Of a stretch of 64,000 nt of DNA, positions 1 through 10,423 are shown piece after piece (position 1 is the first letter of the stretch; every line of letters begins with the position of its first letter). The stretch is from the NCBI GenBank assembly GCA_030704615.1, contig CM060734.1, forward strand, positions 15,872,001 through 15,936,000, given 5' to 3'. The notes under the pieces are model-generated. The model saw nothing but the letters and a program-made list of their open reading frames with translations, was not told the origin of the DNA and made no database searches. The DNA comes from Takakia lepidozioides. Lineage: Eukaryota > Plantae > Bryophyta. A program made the translations under genes and the position numbers.

Positions 1-11
1 GGAGTCAGTTA

Positions 12-1009
12 ATGTTTGTGAGCGGGAAAATTTCCAAAACTAATGTGTCGTTGTTGGTGGACACAGGAGCGTTGCACTCCTTCATGACACCGGCAACGGC
101 ACAAAAGCTGGGGCTGATGTGGGGGCCTCTATTGAAGTGCGTTCTGCCGAAAGAGAACCACAACTGGCGACGAGGGTGGCGTTCGATGTTCCTCTTCAGC
201 TAGGGAGTTGGGAGGGACGTGAGAACTTCACCATTTGCGAAATCGATGGAGTGGATCTTAGTTTGGGGATGACCTTTTTGGGCAAATCCGGAGCGGTCAT
301 AGATGGCCGCAAAAGAATAGTCATGCTACCGTGTGGGAATGGTAGTGAAGTTTTACAGGTGTCAAAAACGCCCAACCGAGTGGGAAGGCGAATAAACTTG
401 TTGATAGCAAAGGAGTGGGCCGTGGAGGAACCACACGAGCCCCAGTTTTTGCTTTACGTGAGACAAGTGGAAAGAGAAGTCGATACAGAGCCGAGCCCAG
501 ATTGGATCAAGGGGATCCTGGAGAAATACCAGGATGTGATGCCGGAGGATTTACCAAGCGGCTTGCCACCGCGAAGAGGAGTTGACCACAAAATAGAGGT
601 GGTGCCGGGATCGGAGCCGCCTGCCAAGGCGCCCTACCGGTTGAGTCACAGAGAGTTGGTCGAGTTGAAGGCCCAACTCAAGGATCTAATGACAAAGGGG
701 TACATCCGGCCGAGTAAGTCACCTTACGGAGCCCCGGTATTATTCGCAGATAAGAAGGATGGGACACTGCGGATGTGTGTCGATTACAGGGCTCTGAATA
801 AGATAACTATAAAAAACCGGTACCCTTTGCCAAGGATCGACGACCTCTTCGATCGGTTGGCAGGAGCAAAGTATTTCAGCCGGATCGATTTACGCTCGGG
901 TTACCACCAGATCCGGATAGCGGAAGGAGATGAGGAAAAGACAACATGCATGACAAGGTATGGCTCGTACAAGTTTTTGGTGATGCCTTTTGGGCTCACC
1001 AACGTTTGA
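12..1009 (+). pseudogene. pol fragment: aspartic protease plus N-terminal half of reverse transcriptase (frameshifted, truncated)
   Basis: ORFs 12..203 and 119..1009 overlap in different frames; RT stops before YxDD. Confidence 0.93.
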
Positions 1010-1433
1010 GGCAAGCACGGAGGTCTGGTTGAACATCAAAAAATTTCGACTACCTCTGGAAGTGAGTCTGAAGTTCGTACCTCCGGCCCTTTTGCATCCG
1101 GAAGGTTATGAATGAGGATGTGTATGAATTGGAGCTGCCTGCAAACAACAAGGTGCATCCAGTATTCCACGTTTCCATTTTGAAGCCTTACTTCAAAGAT
1201 GAAGCGCGTCCGAATCGGCATCAAGTGTTGCGTCCACCACCTGTGCTGTTGGATCATGAAAATGAACCCGAGTACGAGGTGGAGGCAGTGGTCAAGTCGA
1301 GGAGGTTCAAGAATCGAGAAACAGAGTATCTCGTGAAATAGAAGGGCTATCATCAAGTGGAGGCAACTTGGGTGTGTGCCTCAGAAATAGGAAACGCATC
1401 CGAGGCAGTTGCAGCTTTCGAAGGGCGACCTTA
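1010..1433 (+). pseudogene. Integrase C-terminus (GPY/F) plus chromodomain, with in-frame stop
   Basis: EYEVEAVVKSRRFKNRETEYLVK*KGYHQVEATWV...; the conserved Trp codon is replaced by TAG at ~1339. Confidence 0.9.
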
Positions 1434-1486
1434 AAAGCCGAAGAAGCGTTGATGGGGACATCAACCTTGGATCGTGGGGGAGGAAA

Positions 1487-3068
1487 TGCATGCTTAGTCT
1501 GGCTTAGCTAGCTTAGGAATCCGGTTGCAAAAACTTGTGTTGTACAAAATTTTGTTTATAAATGGAATGGTTTCCAAATGTTGTGCTTCCTATGTTGTTT
1601 GGAATGGTGATGCATAGTATGGTTGGCTAGTGTGTAGAATGCATGCTAGCTTACAAAAGTGGGAGAGGTAAATTGGATTAATCGTGTGTTTGCGCAGTGC
1701 CGAAATCGGGTGACTCCCATCCAAGGGGCAAAGAAACTTGCGCCTTCTTTGGGAGTTCACGTGCTAGTGCGTACCTGGTGCGTGCGCGTACTATAACTGC
1801 ACTACCGAGGGGGTTGCCTTGTAGTGCGGGCTAACGTGGAAGCTACGTGCTTCCGTTCACGTACTATAATCGTGCAGCCTCGGGACGAAGTCATAGTGTG
1901 GCTTTGGCGTGTTCCCGTACCTCAGGCCAGCATTCCAAGGCGGACCCAATTGTAGTGATTGGGACGCACGGTTGGTTCAAGGTTATCTTCCTAGTCAAAA
2001 AGGGTTCAAGGTGAACCCTTGTTCAAGGTGATGCCAAAAAACGGCATCATGAGCGGTCGCAAGCAATGTTGTTGCAGTAGGGCGATTCAATCCTCGGGGA
2101 GGATCGTTCCTTGGCCTTGAAGTGGGCCAAGAAGAGTGCATTGGGTGGAGCTTGAGAGGCTCCACCCTTGAAGTCGGCCGAACTAGCTAGTGGATTGTAG
2201 AGTCAAGTGGGGGTTTGGTTCTTTGCCATGGGACGCCATGGTATGGAAACAAACTCCTTGATGTGGGACGCCACAACTTGGATGTTAGTTTCCACAAAAA
2301 TGGACAAGTCGATGAGGACATCGACTCCTCATTGGTAGGGGTGTGTGTCTCGGCCCTTTTCCTTGAGGGAGGGGGGTTGGGACACAAGAGGGGCTGCCCC
2401 TGTGGTGGGGGCAATGGCAGCAAATAGGAAATGGGGCTGAAGCACCCTTGAGTGCCGAAGGCACTCAAGGAGGCGGTGGCGCTCACTAGTTGGAGCCCCG
2501 CAAACCGGGTGGCGGTGGTGGGGGCTCCACGATGGGTAGTGGTGGCGTAGGGAGTCGTAGTGAGGGTGGCATAGGACTCACCATGAGGCTGAGACCTTGT
2601 GGTGGGAGTCGTGGGGAGTCTTGGGACTCACCACGGTCCATTGGGGCCGTGGTGGGTGGGCTCACCACGGCTCACCACTGGGATGATCGAGGGTCTAAAT
2701 GGTGGTGCACCAGATTTGGACTGTGCTACTTGTGGAACCCCCGCGGACACCTACAGAAGTATATATAGGGAGTAGTAACCCCGAGAACGGTGCAAGCCCG
2801 TTGGTGATAAAAAACTAGTGAGTAAGCGTGCGAGCCGGAAAGCGACCAAGGTGTGGGGAGCTGTTTTGGACTGCCATCTACCAAAGGGAATTTCCACTGA
2901 GCCCGACAGGTCGAGGGTCAAGTGGGAATGTGAGGGGGACCGTTATGCCCCGGTGAGCAGCCGAAGCTTTGAGTTGGCCCGGCGGCCAGTTTGGGAGTTA
3001 GGCGTGCGCATCAAAGCGAGAAGCTATGACTTGAAGGGGAGTTTACCGAAGTGAGGTGCGCGACAACA
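1487..3068 (+). repeat. Probable 3' LTR (~1.6 kb)
   Basis: Begins TG immediately after GGGGGAGGAAA (PPT); non-coding; TATATA at ~2760; ends ...GCGACAACA. Right boundary is inferred because the 5' LTR is outside the window. Confidence 0.65.
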
Positions 3069-4077
3069 AAACACCCTTTATTAAGCCTGTATACATCAAC
3101 CCCATGAACTACCCGAGGTTGCAGAGGAACTACTTCCAGACTCTGCAGCAATATCATCTACATATACGCCAGCCCATCCGTAACGTTTTTTTCTGCCATG
3201 CCCCCCTTAGAGAGGCGAACAGGTTGGTTGATGGGCAACACGCGTGCGCATGCTTCCGCATAAACAGACAAACGGTAAGTACGAGGGGGACTTGGGGTCA
3301 TGTAGTAACCTTGGAAACTGAAAGATGTCTGGTGATTTGATGATTGGTGCCGCACTCTAAAACGCAACAAGCGGAATGGTGTTAGAAGTCACAATTGCAA
3401 AATTTGCAATTGAAGCAATCATTGGAACACTGCGGGAAAGATGCAATGGAATGGAATACCCGATTGCACGACAACAAACTCGACTTACTCACACTCAAAA
3501 TCAGAGTCCACGTCCAGATCTTCGTCAGGAACGTCGGGCTCCTCAAAAACTGCCTCTGTGGGGGGAGCAGATGTAGAGCCCGATGCAAGCTGCTCAAGCT
3601 CGCTAGAAAAGAGCTCTGCATCAGCCTCCATGCCGAAGAAGTGTCTTCCGGCGCTTTTGCAGGCATGGAAAGATGCTCCTGCAAATACAGCATGAATGAG
3701 AAATTGAAACAGGGTTCCCCAAAGAAATTTGAAGCTCTCGTAGTCCACATTTCAAGTACAAAGTTTAGGGCCCCACCTGTGCCAATAGACAAGTCCACCA
3801 CTCGGCCACCGTGCTGGCTGCATGTCTCCACCAGAGTCTGCATGAAAGCTGGAGATTTCTCTCGAGCACCTCTCCAAGGGACACCATTCGACCTTTTCAA
3901 AGTGCGCCCTAGATCCACGTAATTGAAGACCACATCATCCTCGACAGGCTCGCGGGTGGGGTCAATGTGAGCTACAAGGTCCGTCAACTAGAACTCTGCA
4001 ATCCCTAGAGGAAGGGTGTCCTTCCGCACCCTCACCAGGCACAAAGCCTCGAACACCCGAGTCTGCCACAAAACCGA

Positions 4078-4669
4078 ATGGTGAATGAAAGTTTTTTGGC
4101 TATGATGGAATCCAGAAAGTCCACATTCAAAGGGGTGCCATCGAAATCATGGGACATGCTGGTTTCATTTCTTACTCAGGTAAGCACATATCTCTTTACT
4201 ATGGCATGAATGATTTGGTTTTTGCAATGGTTTGGATTTCAATGCTGCTTATGACACTGTCTTTTGTTTTGTGGCACAGGTCACAAAAAGCCAGCAGGAG
4301 TACGCGTCTGACCTTGTCGTTCTGGATATTCCGGACGGTTTGCCCGTCCCTGATGTGCTCCCTTCCAATGCAACCCCTACCTAGAACAAATCAGATGCCC
4401 GTTACTGGCAGTGGGCTTTCTCATTCAGTAACAAATTCCTTTATGACGTAGGGGCTCTTCTTCTCATGCAGGCAAAGGACATGTTGGCACGCAAAACTCT
4501 TTTCAGCTACATGAAAGCTTCCGGGTTTCGCGTCATCAAAACTTGGACATGCATCAACACCCTGCCTCTTACAAAGGGCGAGTTCCCGGGGCAGAGGGTG
4601 AGTTAGTTCCTTCAATGACACTTTTGGTGTTTCTCCAGAAAGTATCAGAAGTTGGTGTTTTTCTTCATG
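4078..4669 (+). other. Internal inversion within copy-1 MTase gene
   Basis: + strand reads VNESFLAMMESRKSTFK... and ...DLVVLDIPDGLP...KGEFPGQR, which lie on the - strand in copy 2 (20229-19915, 20390-20460); ATG/CAT at both breakpoints. Confidence 0.9.
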
Positions 4670-5318
4670 CTCTTACTGACCCAAAACCCTCGACAAATGC
4701 TCTCTCACCTCGAAAGGCTGTTCCTTCGCCTTTGGTGTTCTCTTATCCTTCCTCATCAGAGAAGGCTGCCTGTCAGCGGGTTGCTGCGTGGCCTGTTCCT
4801 GCGCAGCTGCATTCTTCCCCTTCCCCTTCCCATCCCCGGCATTCTTCCCCTTCCGTTTTGGAGTAGCCGATTTCTCAGGCTTTTTTGTGTTTAGAGCTTG
4901 AATGATTCTCTCCTGAATGTCTTTGTCAGTAAGCAGGGCTAGTGCAGCGGCGTTCTAGTTTAGGTTCCTCAAAACCACTTCATCGAATGGTGTGTCTTGT
5001 TTGGGCAGATCAAGGTACCACCCACAGTCTCTGAAATGCACCCTGCTCGAGTTTCTGGCAATACCAGCCGTGTACATTGTCTTGTCATTGGAGGGGTCCG
5101 CCCATGTGTAGATGAAGTTAGGGTCATCGCTAAGGTATTTTCCCGGGATGAGGACATGATACATGTACCTGAACCACACACCCCTAAAACACAGATGGTC
5201 ATTCCAATTCAAGTTCATACAAACCCTTCTTCAGCAGAAAGGTTGAAAATATGAGACTTTCAACCTGTCTAAAACACACTCAGCACAGCTCTGAAACGAA
5301 CATTTATCAGCTCGATTC

Positions 5319-6258
5319 AACCTTGCGTTGACGCAAGGTTGATTCGTGCTTACAAACAAACTAAAAAAAGTTGAGAGTTGTATTGGAAACAAAACACTCA
5401 ACTGACCAACAAGTCCATGACCACAATTCATAGCATGCAAATTCGAAGGCCGCAATCAACCTTCCGTTGACGCGAGGTTGATTGGCGGATCCACAAATGT
5501 TAAGTGTAACTTGTAAAAACACATAAGTTGCCAAGCGGTATCCAACCTTGCGTTGACGCAAGGTTGGTTAGAGGTAGCATACAAATGAAAAAACCCCAGG
5601 GAAAAACCCCTGAGACGATCAGTTCACGGAAATTACAACCTTGCGTTGACGCAAGGTCGATTACTGTTGACAAACACACCTGTCAAAGCAAGTTACGGTA
5701 CCGAAAGTACCCTCAAATCTGCTGCACGTTAGACAATTTTCCTATTCAACAAAGATGAATCGAACCATGATTGTAGAATCAAAAACTACCCTGACCTACG
5801 AAGTTTCAGGAAAACGGGCCATCTCATGAAAATTCCAAACCCGCAATCAACCTTGCGTATACGCAAGGTTGTTTGGCGGTATTGGCATTGCCCTCAAAAC
5901 TGCCTCACGCCAGACAAACTTCATGATCAATCAGGATGAAACGAAACACGACACTAGAATGCACAACACCCAAGTTCCCAATCCATTCATGAACATAGGC
6001 CCTTGCATGCAAATTCCAAACCCGCAATTCAAGATGAAACTGCAACTCACAACTACCCTTAGCCAAAACCTTTCATGAAAATAGGCCATGACATGGAAAT
6101 TCCACACGCCCAAACAACCTTGCGTTGACGCAAGATGGATTGGCGGTAGGTTCAGTGCCCTCACAACTCCCTCACGACATACAAATTCACTGTTCGACGA
6201 AATGAAGCGAAATCCTGTCGAGGGCAAGCATCAAACAACCTTGCGTTGACGCAACCTT
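5319..6258. repeat. Seven copies of palindrome AACCTTGCGT-TG-ACGCAAGGTT in an intron
   Basis: Starts at ~5319, 5458, 5544, 5637, 5849, 6116, 6237; perfect 10-12 bp arms in the best copies. Confidence 0.93.
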
Positions 6259-6322
6259 GAAACACACACAACATCAGCACAAGGAAATCAGTCTACAACA
6301 TATTGGGGAGTCTATACCTGTA

Positions 6323-7160
6323 CAAAACTCGCTTCATTGCCTGCTCATTGTTGTACTGGTTTTTGAATTCGTGAGACCTGGAGATACCTTTGTCCCTTTC
6401 AAACTCCCTGAAGAAGCAGTTGTTCCACACAACCCCCTTCCTCTCTTGATATACCTCTAGTGTGATCCGGGGCTGAGCCATGGTGATTTTGTAGTCTGCC
6501 ATTGACTCCCCTAGTGCTGCCACCGCTCGTTTTTCCAGCTGCAAGAAGAAGGTCATAAGAACTTGAGAGACAACAAGAAAACAATGAATCAGTTTCGAAT
6601 GGTTTACCCACAGCCTCACCTGGCTCTAGAAGGTTTGCTTTGGATGCAGCCCTTGGATCGAATGCGTGGCCTCCAACAACGTGCATTCTTGTGTTTTCTT
6701 GAGTCCTCTCGAGGTTGGGAACAGTGTTTGTATCCATATCCAAAACTCGCTTCATTGCCTGCTCATTGTTGTACTGGTTTTTGAATTCGTGAGACCTGGA
6801 GATACCTTTGTCCCTTTCAAACTCCCTGAAGAAGCAGTTGTTCCACACAACCCCCTTCCATCTCTTGATATAGGCCTCTAGTGTGATCCGGGGCTGAGCC
6901 ATGGTGATTTTGTAGTCTGCCATTGACTCCCCTAGTGCTGCCACCGCTCGTTTTTCCAGCTGCAAGAAGAAGGTCATAAGAACTTGAGAGACAACAAGAA
7001 AACAATGAATCAGTTTCGAATGGTTTACCAACAGCCTCACCTGGCTCTAGAATGTTGCTTTGTGCAGCCATTGGTCGAATGCGTGGTCGCTCACAACTTT
7101 GATTGCTTGTGTTTTTGAGTCCCTCTCGAGAGTTGGGAACATGTTTGTATCCCTCACAAG
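6323..7160. repeat. ~420-bp tandem duplication (exon plus intron) inside copy-1 gene
   Basis: 6323-6628 is nearly identical to 6741-7050; ORFs 6293..6619 and 6399..7040 give the same peptide. Confidence 0.92.
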
Positions 7161-7662
7161 TGGATCCGAATTCCAGATCTCTAACCACCTTATTTTCGTT
7201 GCATTGTCCACCATTGAGATAGACAGGCAATGCAGTTTCTCTTGGGTCATTTCGGGTTTGGATCCATACTTGTCGTAGTGCACTTTCACCTGCTCAAGAA
7301 ACTCAGTGCCTAGACTTGGATCTGCCATGCGGATTTGTTTATCGAACGCACTCATGAGGTTCTTCCTGTGGTTATCCATCTCAAATCTCATTATGTCCTC
7401 CACCCCTATGGCAGACCTCTCCTCTTCTGTGTGGGTTGCATAGTACTCGGCTTTCGCCTTCAAGCTTGCTCTGCTATTTCTTGCTGCATACATTGGCAAG
7501 GGACATCATCAAATACTAGAAATTCTTCGAGGAAACCAGTCTGAAAACAAACAGAAGTGAGGAGGCATACCGTGTACATTTAGTCCAGAAATGCCTCCTC
7601 TGTCAAGCTGTACCATGTACTGGTCTTCTCCTCAGCACATCTCTTCATCTGCAGAGGACTCT

Positions 7663-8357
7663 GGGCAGTTGCAGCCTACGGTGGACCAAAAATGCTGTTA
7701 CAGCACAGTTTTTTTGGGATCTTGATTAGTTGTAAATTATCATACTCCTAAATGGAAATGCTGATAGTAAAAAGGGACTAAGCTATGAAGGCTCAACTAC
7801 ATATATTTCCCCTATTCCAAGTCTCATAATAACCAAAAAGCAAATGGTTAGAAAATTATGGACTTTGAACAAGTCCGTAAGGATTTGTTATAGTCCATAT
7901 AAAAGGCCGTTATGGACTTTTTTTAAAGCATGATTTATAGAGAATTAGAAAAAGGGACTCGACCAAATGTGCTTTGAGGGATAAAGAATCTAAAATGAAA
8001 ACATCCACTCAAAAATATTAAGTAAAATAAACTTTATGTACTATTTTGAGCCTTCAAAATAACTATTTTCGTAAAGTCCTTTACATATAGAATTCTTTGA
8101 AATATCAACACTACCTCATTAAATACATAGACCAAGGGTAGACCCCCGGGGTGGATCAAGGTCAAATTTGAAAAAAAACTATCATGATCTGACACTATCG
8201 CGATTTGAAAATAAAGACTTTAATGGTCAACAATAGACGTTTGAGATCGTAAATTGAAGCGAATCCAATGGTTGAGGATTCGCCACATCCTCCTTTATGT
8301 ACTTTTAGGGACTCATGATGTGTCTCATTTTGGTCCACCGTAGGCTGCAACTACCCC
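7663..8357. mobile_element. Non-autonomous TIR element (PIF/Harbinger/Tourist-like MITE)
   Basis: ~30-bp TIRs GGG(C/T)AGTTGCAGCCTACGGTGGACCAAAA; AT-rich non-coding interior; removing it plus ~3 bp restores FANVLSP(L)QMKRC as in copy 2 (~34500-34540). Confidence 0.88.
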
Positions 8358-10061
8358 TCAACACGTTCGCAAAGGATTCCAATGGTATCAACCCTATCTT
8401 TTGAACACGGAAAAGAGTGTGACAAAGATTGGTCGTCACATGGGAAGTTTCGTTCGACTTGCAAAAACCCATACAACACTTGGTAAGGACGACTGAGGGA
8501 AATTCGGAAAGCACCGAACGAAGACAAAACGCAATGTGAAATCTTACTTGTTGATGTCGTGCATGGCTGTCAAAAGCTGTGTGATGTGTCCTTTGTGATC
8601 CAGTACCATGGAAACTATGCTCCAGTGCCAATCCACCTCGTTTGATTTCAAGCTAGAAATATCCTCCATCCAGGCAAGCAATCGATGGTTCCCGTCCCAA
8701 ACAAAAAACATCTTTCCCAAAAACGCTTTTGTTGAAGCCTTTTTCGTCCTCTATTACAAGGCACTCCTCTCATTTCGTGTTGGTTGTGGATACATAGAAC
8801 ACCGCAGATCCCTTCACATACCCGTGAAACAAATCGTTCTTCAACTTTGTGATGTCTTTTCTCAGTGCGGGTCGGACAGCGGCATGAAAATCATTCTGCA
8901 GAGAGGGATATGGAGGTTTCCTCCGGGAACCTCCATTGACAAAATTTACCTGTTCCAAGAGTTAACTTTCTGGCCCCCCATTACCGCCTCGGCCTTGTCT
9001 TCATAGTGCTCATCAAATGCTTCTTTCCTCAAGCTTCCACCTTCTGCCACAGCTCCATCTCCGGCCACAGGTTTTCTTTTTCTTTTTCTTTTTCTCTACA
9101 TCAAAACGCGATCGATGTGAGTGAACCCCTGCCCAAATAGACAGTTCATGCTCCCACAAATCAACCTTGCATTGACGCAAGTTTTTTGATTTATGGGGCT
9201 GTAGGATAGCAGGAAATGCATTAAGAAACACTCCAGCAAACCCCAAATTGAAACCTTGCGTTGACGCAAGGTTGATTTGAGGGCCTGCATGCACTCTTCT
9301 TCCCATACCTTTGCATTTTTCACAAAGCCCAGGGTTTCCCAAATTCGAACGCATGCCCCAACATGAACAAGGTTTTTCCCCCCAAATCCAATCAACCTCA
9401 AAAACCTCGCGTTGACGCAAGGTTTTGATTTGAGGGGTTGGCAAAGCAGGGTTTCTGTGCAAAACATAATACCTTGCTGGTTCCCATCTGTAGATAGATC
9501 GTGTCGTTGTTGATTCGGTTGCAGCCCCTCCTCTTCGTCTCCATCGTTTGTTTCGCGCCCATCCGTAGTTCCCATCTAGCCTTCTTCATCCTCTCCTTGG
9601 CGCGTGCCCTCTGCTTGGTAGATGTGAAGTACAACGTTTGATGGCGCCTTCTTCTCCCACGAGATGCCGTGACCGTCTCGGCAAGATCCAGGGTTGCACT
9701 GAGTAGAAAAGGAGGAGGAAAAATGTGACACTGCGTGAGGTTCACCGCCAGCCCATCCTCGCCAAGATGATCGCTGCATAGGTCCACACCGCTACCTGGG
9801 TGGTCCACCTGCATGAACGACCGTCGCACTCTACGGTTCAGAATAGCGCCGGAAAACATTTACGTTTCAACCTCCGAAATTCATCCAAGTCCACTTCTCA
9901 TCTAAAGTTTTCTTCAGGGGAATCCAGTTTTTGGATGTGCCAAAGGGCTGTACAGTTGGTCTTTTAATGAAGCCGTTAAACATTGAATGAGACTGAGGAC
10001 TTGAGCTGCCCAGTCTGACACAACAGTCATGTGGTGGCGATATGATTGAACTTTTTAGTTG

Positions 10062-10155
10062 AGGCTTTGGGAGTCGTCATCGTGGGGGCAAATGTGGAAA
10101 TTCGAGTGGCTTTGGGAGTCGTCATCGTGGGGGCAAATGTGGAAATTCGAGTGGC
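10062..10155. repeat. 45-bp direct tandem duplication in the divergent intergenic region
   Basis: GGCTTTGGGAGTCGTCATCGTGGGGGCAAATGTGGAAATTCGAGT twice. Confidence 0.9.
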
Positions 10156-10423
10156 CTGTGAGTTCGACACGACATTTAGGCTGTCAGCCACCACTCCGCA
10201 TTTGGGCACTCACTGACCATACATTGGTTCTCATGTCTCACCTATGTAACGTTTAATTTCGCATTTAAAGACCAATCCTTCCAAGGCCACTGCTACAATT
10301 GTGTGAAAAGATTTCTTACATCCATCCCAGAAGCACCACCCTAGTACACTCTGCACTCAGAAGCAACATTGGACTCTGGACTGTGCACTTTGAAGCAACA
10401 TTGACAGATGACCTCCCACGCCA

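Larger units (their letters stand above)
1..3068 (+). mobile_element. Ty3/Gypsy chromovirus-type LTR retrotransposon, 3' part, internally deleted
   Basis: Protease ([12 protein letters not shown]), RT N-half ([11 protein letters not shown]...[15 protein letters not shown]...MPFGLTN), then a jump at ~1005 to the integrase C-terminus (GPF...VYELELP...VHPVFHVSILKPY), chromodomain, purine-rich tract ~1470-1486 and LTR. Confidence 0.93.
3485..9800 (-). pseudogene. Multi-exon gene: ParB/Srx-like domain, helical region, beta-class N4C/N6A DNA methyltransferase-like domain (copy 1)
   Basis: GKMFFVWDGNHRLLAW at ~8670-8720 (ParB/Srx DGxHR); DLVVLDIPDG at ~4310-4340 (motif IV position, in an inverted block); REKSPAFMQTLVETCSQHGGRVVDLSIGTG (motifs X, I); ASFHACKSAGRHFFGMEAD (motif II); GT-AG introns. 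Disrupted by an inversion, a duplication and a MITE. 5' end approximate. Confidence 0.8.

Noticed and set aside
1487-3068. Short ORFs (e.g. 2187..2486, 2490..2768) as genes
   Set aside because: They lie inside the LTR, are low-complexity and show no recognisable motifs
3485-9800. Bacterial or phage contamination explaining ParB and MTase motifs
   Set aside because: The gene has spliceosomal GT-AG introns in matching positions in two copies and is interleaved with plant TEs
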